From positions 35,900,001-35,964,000 of the forward strand of contig CM097885.1 in the NCBI GenBank assembly GCA_044892525.1: a DNA stretch of 64,000 nt, read 5' to 3'. Each line of letters begins with the position of its first letter. Position 1 is the first letter of the stretch. This document shows, piece after piece, positions 1 through 20,000 of the stretch. Both the position numbers and the translations under genes were made by a program. The notes below the pieces were generated by a model. That model was not told the origin of the DNA and ran no database searches. It worked only from the letters and a program-made list of their open reading frames with translations. This DNA comes from Schmidtea polychroa. Its lineage: Eukaryota.

Positions 1-195
1 ATATTCATCATCTACTTCATAATCCATCATTGAAACCAAAACCAATTCTTCCAAATTCAAATTCAAACCTTCCACCAAATTTCGTCGATAAAAACAAACC
101 CAAATCTTATTCTACCAAACAATAATCGAATTAAAATTACAATATCAAATAAAAAATTCACCATTAAACCTATGACAACCACCGAGCTTCCATTG

Positions 196-340
196 CTCGC
201 GTCTGTGTGCGCACACCATGAATATTCGGTCTAACCAGACCGCGCACACAGACGCGATAGAAAAACCACACCCACAACTATATGCGTCTGTGTGCGCCCA
301 CAGCCAACAACACAAGGATAGTAAAAGGCGCACACAGACC
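196..340. repeat. Two adjacent GC-rich hairpins (GCGTCTGTGTGCGC...GCGCACACAGAC), an interspersed repeat
   Basis: Inverted repeats at 198-256 and 285-339. A near-identical copy of the first lies at 33889-33955. Confidence 0.8.
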
Positions 341-358
341 CGAACATCGAATTAAACA

Positions 359-383
359 ATTATTATTATTATTTTTATTATTA

Positions 384-466
<83 letters not shown>

Positions 467-489
467 TTTATTATTATTATTATTATTAA

Positions 490-577
<88 letters not shown>

Positions 578-590
578 TTATTATTATTAG
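359..590. repeat. (TTA)n microsatellite
   Basis: Directly visible. Confidence 0.95.
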
Positions 591-8551
<7,961 letters not shown>

Positions 8552-8891
8552 TTTCCATTGTGATCCTACTTCCTTCTTTTGTCTTGTGTTTATTGTTTTT
8601 TGCTTTAATGTATTTATTTGTGAAGATTAATTATTGATTAATTCTTTTTCTGTTCCGAACACTGCGATTGTTTTGTATATAGAATTGTTTTCATTTTTTA
8701 TTATCTATATTTGTCCCATTAATATTTTGTTAGTTAATATCGATATTGCCCATAATACTTTATTGATAATATTTTCAGATGAGTATCGATTTATTATGTG
8801 AAATATAGATGATATTTTATTGGTTTAAATATTTGCATTCTTTTTTATTGATTTTACTATTTAGGTGCAAGAATATTGATCTCGTTACAGG

Positions 8892-10288
8892 TGATGGGTT
8901 ATAGAGTTGGTGATAATTTAATGTTACTCTGACTCCAAACATGTCTTTATACGATTCACAAATAACACTTGACAACAGAAATCGGACCATAAGTCAAATT
9001 TCCCCCCTTTTTTGATCAATGGTAAAATTTCCCCCAATAAAAGAATAATAAATAATTAATTAAATAATTTTTATTATTATTTTTAAAAAATATTTTTTTT
9101 TCAAAGTTCCCGCCAACGAAAATTATTCATCTATAGCTCATTTTAAAGCTCAATCCAAGACCTTTCGAATGAGCCATATATCTTGTTATTACGATTATTA
9201 TTTCTAAAGATATTATTATTATTAGTATTAATCTATATACTCCGAGTCTATCCGACAAAATATTCTGTCCCCCTATGGGTAATGCTCACAAGGGTACTGC
9301 TCACGCTCAACAACTCACAAGGGTATTATTAAACAAATCAACATTGTATTATTATTACAAAGTTTTATTATTATTATTATTATTAGTATATTTTTTAATT
9401 TTTAAATTTATTAAATTAATAAAATTTATTTAATTAAAATCAATGGTCAAATTTCCCCCTGGGGGGAAATTTGACTTATGATCCCAGAAATCTTTATTGA
9501 TAATTACAAATAACTTTCACTTTACACTGACAATAAATTCAACACTTTGCTTGGTGACTATACAATGCTTATTACAACACTCAGTGAGAAATAGCACTTG
9601 CGTATAACACCGGATTAAAAGATCACAAATTACTGATTGGTTTATCGACTGGGACTTTGAGATGGTAGTTTTCTCTGAGCTTCACAAATTTATTCAAGTA
9701 ACTTCTTTTCGTTTAATTTTTCAACTACTTTTATTCAACAATTATTCTTCACAATCATTTCTCCGACAACGTTTTGTCCGACGTAATCTAATTATTCTCC
9801 AATAATTTTATCTCTCAAATTGTCTTAATTTCGCGTCACTTTTTGTCTCTAATTTTGTCTCTGCTAGTTTTTTTTATATAGTTTGCTTATATTGTGACAC
9901 TCAGGATAATCAAGTATTTTTCCACTTTCTTTCTCCTGCTTTCCCCGACTGTTCCATTTTTATCTCTGACGGCTGTCAAGTTATTTTTCCTTTGTTGTTT
10001 GACCGCCTTTTCCCAGCAATTCTACTATCATTGACAAGCTGTCAAGATGAGAGTATTGTTGTTTTTCCTATTTTCCCAATTTCGAAATTACTTTTCCTTT
10101 TTGTACTAATTATTTAGTACTGACCTTTGTTTTTATTTTAATTTCTTTTGTTTCCTTCCTCTTTCTCATTTCTTTTTGCTTCCGCTTTCTTTTCTGAGTT
10201 CCCACCGATCGTTCCGTTTGTCATGATGATCTTTACCCAGGTAATTTTATTTATTTATTTCTAAATTGTTATTTAGGTATCCTCAATA
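8892..10288. mobile_element. Solo LTR (copy A) interrupted by a MITE
   Basis: TGATGG...CCTCAATA ends with a 4-bp TSD CAGG (8888-8891 and 10289-10292). Colinear with solo LTR 34281-35305. Confidence 0.85.
8984..9484. mobile_element. 501-bp MITE, Merlin-like (GG termini, 8-bp TSD)
   Basis: TIR GGA(C/T)CATAAGTCAAATTTCCCCC and perfect TSD CAGAAATC (8976-8983 and 9485-9492). The empty site is visible in LTR copy B at about 34367-34374. Confidence 0.85.
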
Positions 10289-11000
10289 CAGGGAAGATTG
10301 ATTGAAATCGTGTTCAATATTATTTATATTCTATTTATTGCCCATAGTAGCCAGAACTGAAATATCCGACATCTGGAAAGCTAGGCTAAGAGAATTGAGA
10401 GCTCTTGGAAATTACATTTGTCATTATTTACATTTCGAAAAGATCAAAAAAAATATTAGGTTAGAGAAAAAGAAATCCATTTTCATGTTCATTTTGATGC
10501 TTTGTTTAATATGGTTACAAGAAACGCCGTACTATCGCAAATGCAATAGCAGCAATCGATGTTTTTCCCCAAATTGTAAATACATTAGAAAAACTTCTAC
10601 AAAAGCAAGAAAATATCACGAATTGAAAGAAAAAACAAAAATGAAAATTCAAAAACGATCGTTTTCAAAACTAAAATTAATTGAAAATTGTCTACAATAT
10701 CACTGGAAAGACTTTTTGGATTAGAAATATTGTCGATTGAAAATGTAACAGCCAAAACAATTGATTACAATGATATAATTGTTGACTACCAACAAAAGAA
10801 CTAGAAAAATTAATTAAAATCAACAGAAATGAATACAATAAAGTTTAAAAAAAATTTTTAATGTCTGCACAGTGAGTAGGTAGATAGTGGCCCACCGCAG
10901 CAATGACCCCCCCCCCGGGGGGGGGGGGGGTCATTGCTGCAACTTTTTTTTGCTGCAACTCACATTTTTTGCTGCAACTTTTGATTTCGCAATTTTTCAG

Positions 11001-12340
11001 ACTATAGTGAAGGGGTCTCGATGGTCCTGGGATTTTCAATACAAAAAATTTTTTTCTATACAAAAATCCGACTACCACTAAAAAAGCCAAGGATTTATCA
11101 CACTATAGTGAGAGGGTCTCGATGGTCCTGGGATTTTCAATACAAAAAATTTTTTTCTATACAAAAATCCTACTACCACTAAAAAAGCCAAGGATTTTTC
11201 AGACTATAGTGAGGTGGGTCTCCTTGGTCCTGGAATTTTCAATACAAATAAAATTTTTTCAATAGAAAATTCGACTATCAATAAAAAAGCATGGATTTTT
11301 CTAGTTCAATTAAGGTGGGTCTCCTTGGTCCTGAGAAAAAGGTGGTCTACACTAAAAAACGTGGTCCTGAGAATTTCAATACAAAAAGGCAGTATACACT
11401 AAAAAAGAGTGGCAATTTAAGATCTCAGGATATTTTCAATAGAAAAAGGCGGTCTTCAATAAAAAAGCATGGTAATTTAAGGTCTCAGGATATTTTCAAT
11501 ACAAAAAGGCAGTATACACTAAAAAAGAGTGGCAATTTAAGGTCTCAGGATATTTTCAATAGAAAAAGGTGGTCTTCAATAAAAAAGCATGGTAATTTAA
11601 GGTCTCAGGATATTTTCAATAGAAAAAGGTGGTCTACACTAAAAAAGAGTGGCAATTTAAGGTCTCAGGATATTTTCAATACAAAAATCCGATTATCAAT
11701 AAAAAGCATGGATTTTTCTAGGCCAATTAATGCGGGTCTCCTTGGTCCTGAGAAAAAGGTGGTCTACACTAAAAAACGTGGTAAATTTTTTCAATTAAAG
11801 TAAATTATGGTTCTAAAAATTAAATTAAAGTAAATTATGGTCCAAATTTTTAAATTAAAGTAAATTATGGGTCTAAAAATTGAATTAAAGTAAATTATGG
11901 GCTAAGATTTTTGAATTAAAGTAAATTATGGTTCAAATTTTTCAATAACAGTAAATTTAGGTTCTAAAATATTAAATTACAGTAAATTATGGTCCAAATT
12001 TTTCAATTACAGTTAATTATGGTCCTAAAAAATTAAATTAAAGTAAATTATGGTTCTAAAAATTAAATTAAAGTAAATAATGGTCCTAAAAAATTAAATT
12101 AAAGTAAATAATGGTCCTAAAAAATTAAATTACAGTAAATTATGGTCCAAATTTTTAAATTACAGTAAATTATGGTCTAAAAATTAAATTAAAGTAAATT
12201 ATGGTTCAAATTTTTAAATTAAAGTAATGAATGGGCTCAAATAACTAAATTAAGGTTCTAAAAAATTAAATTAAAGTTAATTAAGGTCCAAATTTTAAAA
12301 TTAAGTAATCAATGGTCAAAAATTTTAAATTAAAGTTAAA
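11001..12340. repeat. Subterminal tandem arrays of the left arm (about 101-bp, 60-bp and about 31-bp units), mirrored at about 25200-26790
   Basis: actatagtg recurs at 11001, 11102 and 11203. 60-bp units alternate as A/B variants at about 11370-11690. AATTAAAGTAAATTATGG units at about 11780-12340. Confidence 0.9.
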
Positions 12341-12654
12341 TAAGTAAATTAAAGTAATAATTTTTAAATAAGTAATGTAATAAGTAAATTAAAGTAAGAT
12401 TTTAAAATTTATTAACAAAAAGTTGAAATAATAGAAGGTGTTTGAGAATTGAAATTTTTTAATGAAAATTTTTATGAAATAATTTTTTAAGTAATTTTTA
12501 ATAGAAATTTTTATGGAATAATTTTTTAAGTTAATTTTTAATGGAAATTTTTATGAAATATTTTTCAATGATAATTTTAGATGGAAATTTTTAAGATAAT
12601 TTTTAATGAAAATTTCTATGAAATATTTTTCAAAGACAAATTTTAATAATAATT

Positions 12655-13430
12655 CAACAACAAACCAACAACTTAGTACCAACAACCAGTAACTTATGAA
12701 CATGTATTAACAATCAGATACCTACAACTAGTTACTAACAACCTGCTACCAAGTACTTACAATCAGTTACCTGCTACCAAATACTTTCAACATGATACCA
12801 CGTACTAAATAACTCTCAAACAACCAGATACTTACAACCAATTACCAGATACCAAGTACCTACAACTAGTTACTAACAACTAGTTACCTGATACTAAGTA
12901 TCTACAACCATCTAACAAGTACTAACAACCAAAAACAAGCAACCAACTAGGTACCAAGTACTAACAACCGACAACAACTAACTACCACCTACCAAGTACC
13001 TACAACCACATACTAACCACTAGGTACTAGATACCAAGTACATACAACCAACATCAACCTGTTACTAAGCATTATTAACCACCTACCAAGTACCTACAAC
13101 CACCTACCCATTAACTAGTTACTAAGTACTATCAACCAACTAGGTACTAGATACCAAGTACTAACAACCAACAACAACCAGGTACTAATCATTAATTACC
13201 AATTACTAAGTACCTACAACCATCTACCAAGTACATACAACCAAGTACTAAGTACCTACAACCGACTAGCTACCACCTACCAAGTACCACCAACAACGAG
13301 ATACCTACAACTAGATACTAACAACTAGGTACCAGATACCTACTACTCACAGCCGTCAACAACCAGGTACTAAGCATCATCAACCAAGTAATAACAACTA
13401 GATACCTAGTACTTACAACCAGATGACCAC
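12655..13430. repeat. Strand-asymmetric C/A-rich degenerate satellite (ACCAAGTACCTACA-like), mirrored at about 24110-24885
   Basis: Directly visible. Related patches occur at 14020-14150 and 14560-14895. Confidence 0.85.
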
Positions 13431-13954
13431 ATGAAATTATTGGTTAAATAAGTAAATTAATGTCTAATTTTAAAATTAAGTAATCAATGGTCTAAAATAT
13501 TAAAGTTAAAGTCAATTTAAGATGAAAGTTTTCTGGGATTTTCAATGTTAATTTTAGATGCAAATCTTCGTCAATTAATCAATGACCACATAAAATTATT
13601 AGTTAAATATGAAAATAAGGGTTATAATTAGTTGTTTAGTAAATTATGGTGTAAAATTAAGAAATAAAGAATAATTAGGTAAATTAAGGATAAATTAAGG
13701 AAAATTAAGGTTCAAAATTTAAAATTAAGTAACCAATGGTTCAAATTTTAAATTAAAGCTAAATAAGTAAATTAAAGTAAGATTTTTAAATTTATTATCA
13801 AAAGATTGAATAACCACCAACTTTTTTGAGAAATGTAATTTTTAATGAAAATTTAAATGGAAATTTTTTTTAAGTTAATTTTAAATGTAAAATTTTTTAA
13901 GTTAATTTTAATGAAATAATTTTTTAAGTTAATTTTTTAATGGAAATTTTAATG

Positions 13955-14015
<61 letters not shown>

Positions 14016-17000
14016 TCAACAGTTCCCAACAATCGGTTACTAAATATTTTTAACTAGATGCTAACAAATACTTTGAACATGATACCACGTACTAACTAAC
14101 TCTCAAACAACCAGATACCTACAACTAGTTACTAACAACCAACTAAGTATTCTTTATTGTATTTTATGAAATGTTTTTAAATTAATTTTTTATCTGTCTT
14201 TAAAAATATGTTTAATTACAATCAATAGAAAACCTTTTCAAAATGTCTAAATTTAACAAACATGTTGACTTTCATCAAAAAACCACAACTCAATCACTTT
14301 AAAACACCACGTGAAATTCAAAATAATTTAAATTACAATGAAATACTAATGAATTCTAATTTACAAAAACATCTTCTTTTAAATGATAACTTATTATTGC
14401 AAAGTAAAAATCACATTCAATAAATACTTATTGTTGATCAGTTTTATTATATATACTCTGAGTTTATCCGACAGGATGTTTTGACCCCCTAAGGGTACTG
14501 GTCGTAAGGGTACTGGTCGTAAGGGTATTAGTCGTAAAGGTACTGGTCGTAAGGCTATTGGTAACACTCAACCACCACCTACTCATTAATTAACTACCAT
14601 GTACTAACAACCAGGTCTCAAACAACTAAATACTAAACACTTACAACCCACAACAACCAGCTACTAAGCATTATCAACCTACAACTATATAACAACACTG
14701 TACCAGCTACCAAATACAAGATACCAAGTACCAACAATCAACTAACCACACATAAAAATAATAGCAATTAAATACAAAATATTCTTCATCACATACACTA
14801 TCTTCTTATCAAAATCTAAAAAGTCAATCAGATACCAACTACCAACTACCAAGTACTAACAACCAACTACCTACAACCAACAACTATGTACTAACAAATT
14901 GATCTTTAAAAGAAAAATACTCATCACTTGAAAAATTAGATGGAAAATTAATTGAACTCAAGACATCAATAACTTGGTAAAAATTGATTAAATAATTGCA
15001 AAAATTTAAATTTACTCAAAATAAATATCATAAAAATTTAATTAATAGACAAGAAAGAATTCTATTCATTAATCATCCAGTAAATAAAAAAATACTGATC
15101 ATTCAAGTTGAATCAACTAAGATAATAAATTAATAAGATAAGATTTAGTAGATAATTGATTTAGATTGAATAAATTAATTGAAATAAAATTAATTTTAAT
15201 TATTTTTTTTTAAAAATAATACATGTACTCAAATTGATTGACTGAATGCTCAAAATATTCAAAAATCAGTATAAATTCATTAAAATTATCAATGTCATCA
15301 ATCTACAATAAAAATAATTATCATTAAATTCCAAAAGAGACTAGAAAACTAACAAACCAGAAAATTCATTCAAATGACAATAATTGGTATATTCAAGCGA
15401 ATTCTCTAATAAAATCATCTAAAAAGAATCATTTCGCCTGAAATATCTCTATTTTTAAAGATTAGTATCTTATCGATAAGTACTTGTTAAATATCATATA
15501 TTCACCTCAAACTAACAAGATTCCTTAAAATCCCTTAAATGACTATATTTCTACCCTTAATTCATATTATTACAAATAATTCATTAAAATCATCTAAAAA
15601 GCATCAAATATCCCTGAAATACCTCTATCTTTAAAGATTGGTATCTTATCGATAAGTACCCGTAAAAGGTCATATATTCCCCTCAGATTAATAAGATTGC
15701 TTAAAATCCCCTTTAAATGACTATAATTCTAACTTTAATTCCTATTATCATACATATTTCACTATTGATAAAACCAGTTATAATTAAATTTTTGTTAATC
15801 ACTGTAAATTTTTGTAAATTACTGTACCCGAAATTTAAAATAAATATAACCCATTGAAAGATTAAATTTATCCATTCAATAAAATATATTTATTCAAATG
15901 GTCAACTTTTGTCGTTGTCCACCTAAATAAAGATAAAAATAATTTAAAGTTGATATCAATCCCAATTATCTGTAAAGATTTCATTATCAAAACCAAGTAA
16001 ATCGATCATTATCCATACTTAATAAAACATTGTTCTAAATTAATTTACTGTGCATTAATCACAACCTAATAAAACAATATAATTATTATTGATTCATAAC
16101 TAATGTATTGACATTTCCCTTAAAACATTGATATTTTACCAACATTTCCCTTTCAATGATATATTCCCATCTTAACCCATCCTTCATTAAATTAAATCGA
16201 CTATATCTCCCTTACAATGATTTATTCCCATCTAAACCCATCTCTCATTAAATTTAATCGACTATATCTCCCTTAAAAGATCATATTTTCCCATCTTAAC
16301 CGATCTCTCATTTAAGTCAATCGACTATATCTCCCTTACAATGATATATTCCCATCTTAACCCATCCCTCATTAAATTTAACCGACTATATCCCCTCAAA
16401 AGATCATATTTTCCCCACCTTATCCGATCTCTCATTAAATCTAACCGACAATATCCCATCTTATCCGATCTCTCACCAAATATTTCTACCCTTTTAAACA
16501 TCTAACCGAATATATCCTTCAATTCTATCCACTTGAATCCTCCTTTAATTCACTCAATCCTCTTAAAATCCTTAGAGAACTTCAAAAATATGACTTAATT
16601 GTTACAGACACCAAATATTCTTCCATTGAAATAATTTAGTAGCTATGTAGTAAGAGTTCACTAAAAGATCAAAAATCAATATTTTCTACAAATATTTACC
16701 ATCAAATACTGGAGATGAAAAATATTGTTTGATTATAATTCTTCATCGATTCAACCAATCATTTTCAAGCAATAACAGCAAACTAAATTTCTGTATATCC
16801 TACAATAATTATCAAGTAAATTTTAAGTTATTGATAAAGTTAACTAGTTTCTTAGCTCATGTTTTTTAAAGTTCATCAATGAGTAAATATTCTTAGAAAA
16901 TTATTGAAAAAATTATTTAGTGAAATATATTACAAACTTATCATTAAAAATTTATTCTATCACTTGAAATTAATTATTATTTAAAAACTATTCAATAAAA

Positions 17001-20000
17001 TACCACTAATTATCAAGAAATTAATTAAATTTATCAATTAAATTTATCACCATTATAACTTTTAATCAGTCAACATGAAATTCTTAGAAAATTATTCAAT
17101 ATCCTCATCAAAATTTATTCTATCACTTGATTATTGTAAAAACTCTAATTATTAACCTCATTAAAAATAAATTTTTATTTAAAAACAAGTCAATAAAAAT
17201 ACATCCAATTATCAAGAAATTAATTAAATTTACCTTAGAATTAGCATTAAATTACAGATATTCACAAAAAATTAGGGATATTCACAAAAATGATAGAAAT
17301 CTGCAAAAATAATAGAAATTCACAAAAAACGATAAAAATTCACAAAAATGATAGATATCCACAAAAATTACAGATAATCACAAAAATTACGGAAAATAAT
17401 AGAAATCCGCAAAAATAATAGAAATTCACAAAAAACGATAAAAATTCACAATAAAAAAACGATAAAAATTCACAAAAATTATAGAAATTTACTTGAATAT
17501 TTACTAAACCATCAACTCTAAAAATTATCAATGAATGCCTTAAACCTCAAATTTGTCTAAATAATTATTTAATAAAAGCATTAAATACCTTTACGACTAA
17601 TACACTTACGACATGTTGAATGTGAGTAGTACCCTTGTGAGCAATACCCATAGGGGGACAGAATATTTTGTCGGATAAACTCAGAGTATATATTAATTAA
17701 CTCATTCAAATTTTTCATTGAATTAGTCAAATTATCATAAATTTCGATAAAAATTCTAAAGTGGTAAGCAATGAAAAGAGAAATATTCTTTAAACTTTGA
17801 TAAAATTAACAATGAAAGGGGTAAGAATCTTCATTAAAGTGAGGAAATTATTCATTACTCGATGATAAATTCAAATGGGTGAAAATAATTGGTAGAATAA
17901 TTTATTAATGGATCATTGAATGTGCTGGGAAGGTTGATAAGAATGGAAGTATATTAATTGAATTTATTTAAAATTATTTCATAAAATTCATAAATTTAAT
18001 AAAAAAAAAATCTTAAAAGAAATATCTGTGGGGAATAATTAATGGAAAATCATAAGAATATAGGTGAATAATTAATGGAAAATTGGGGGATATAAGTGAA
18101 TAATTAATGGAAAATTGGGGGATATAAGTGAATAATTAATGGAAAATCGAGGGGATACAAATGAAAAATCCTGTGGATACAAATGATTAAATAATGGAAG
18201 ATTGAGAGTCGTGGGAATATAAGTGAGAAGGATATGTAATTTAAACTATTTTATTACATAACAAGCCGTGAATAGTATTTTACCAACATTTTTAAAGTAT
18301 GTAATTTAATTTTAATTTTATTTTTAAATTGTACATATTTTGAATATCATTCTATTGTTTAATTTCGATAATAAGTATAAAAAGTCTATAATGATTAATA
18401 AATTAATATCTTGTTAACATTTACCAGAGAATTTTAAAAAACTTTACTTAAAATTTAGTGAAGTATTTAATTTTGATTGTACTTTATAAGACATATATTT
18501 GAGTATTAACTTATTTTGATTGAAGTATCACATTCAATATTATGATGATTTTTTTTTTCTAAATTGAAATATTTTAGTGTAAAATAGTTAATTTGATAAT
18601 AAATAGAATACAATGTTAAAGGACTTTTTGAAAAAAAAGTTAGTTTCTACTGCCTAATCAATAAGTTTAAAAAGTTTAGAACTGTTAATAAATCAATTTC
18701 TTATTCGCATTTACATATAAAATTTTTATTTTTAAATTAAAGTATTAAATTGATGATTTAATTTTAATTGTATTTGAATGATACATTTAATTTACTTTGA
18801 TTGAAAGGAGTAATATAATTCATATTATGATATTTGTTTTCGAAATATTTAGTGTAGAATAGTAAATTTAATAATATATAGCTATTATTACAAGTATTTA
18901 TTCAACAAAAAAAAAACTTTATTTCTATTGTCTTATTCCATCAATAAGATTAAGTCTATATCTGGTAAAAAAAATTTTCTGATTTACATTTATTTAAAAA
19001 AGCTTTACTTATAAAATTTATATTTTTAAAATTTAATTTTGATTATATTTTCTAAGACTTATATTTGAATATTTAACTTATTTTGAATGAAAAGGGTAAT
19101 GTATATATTATTATCTTTTATGATAATTTTTTTTGAAATACATAATACAAATTAAAAAATTTTAGTAATAATTTGCAATTATTTTAGTCAAAAATTAAAA
19201 AAAAGACCTATTCCATATTTCTTAATCAAATACCATTCACAGCTTGTTATATAATAAAATAGCCGCGGATTGTTATGTAATAAAATAGTTTAAATTACAT
19301 ATCCTTCTCACTTATATTCCCACGATTCTCAATCTTCCATTAATTAATCATTTGTATCCACAGGATTTTTCATTTGTATCCCCTCGATTTTCCATTAATT
19401 ATTCACTTATATCCCCCAATTTTCCATTAATTATTCACTTATATCCCCCAATTTTCCATTAATTATTCACCTATATTCTTATGATTTTCCATTAATTATT
19501 CCCCACAGATATTTCTTTTAAGATTTTTTTTTATTAAATTTATGAATTTTATGAAATAATTTTAAATAAATTCAATTAATATACTTCCATTCTTATCAAC
19601 CTTCCCAGCACATTCAATGATCCATTAATAAATTATTCTACCAATTATTTTCACCCATTTGAATTTATCATCGAGTAATGAATAATTTCCTCACTTTAAT
19701 GAAGATTCTTACCCCTTTCATTGTTAATTTTATCAAAGTTTAAAGAATATTTCTCTTTTCATTGCTTACCACTTTAGAATTTTTATCGAAATTTATGATA
19801 ATTTGACTAATTCAATGAAAAATTTGAATGAGTTAATTAATATATACTCTGAGTTTATCCGACAAAATATTCTGTCCCCCTATGGGTATTGCTCACAAGG
19901 GTACTACTCACATTCAACATGTCGTAAGTGTATTAGTCGTAAAGGTATTTAATGCTTTTATTAAATAATTATTTAGACAAATTTGAGGTTTAAGGCATTC

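Noticed and set aside
10302..10724. 140-aa ORF next to the solo LTR
   Set aside because: It has a non-ATG start and no recognisable motif. It may be a decayed gene or TE fragment but cannot be supported.
11291..11803. 170-aa repetitive ORF (mirror at 25985-26497) as a protein gene
   Set aside because: It is a by-product of the 60-bp tandem array, with no domain and no coding evidence.
11370..12340. CRISPR-like array
   Set aside because: The units are contiguous tandem repeats without unique spacers, the context is eukaryotic and there are no cas genes.
12655..13430. Telomeric repeat tract
   Set aside because: It is strand-biased but is not TTAGGG or any fixed short unit; it is a degenerate satellite.
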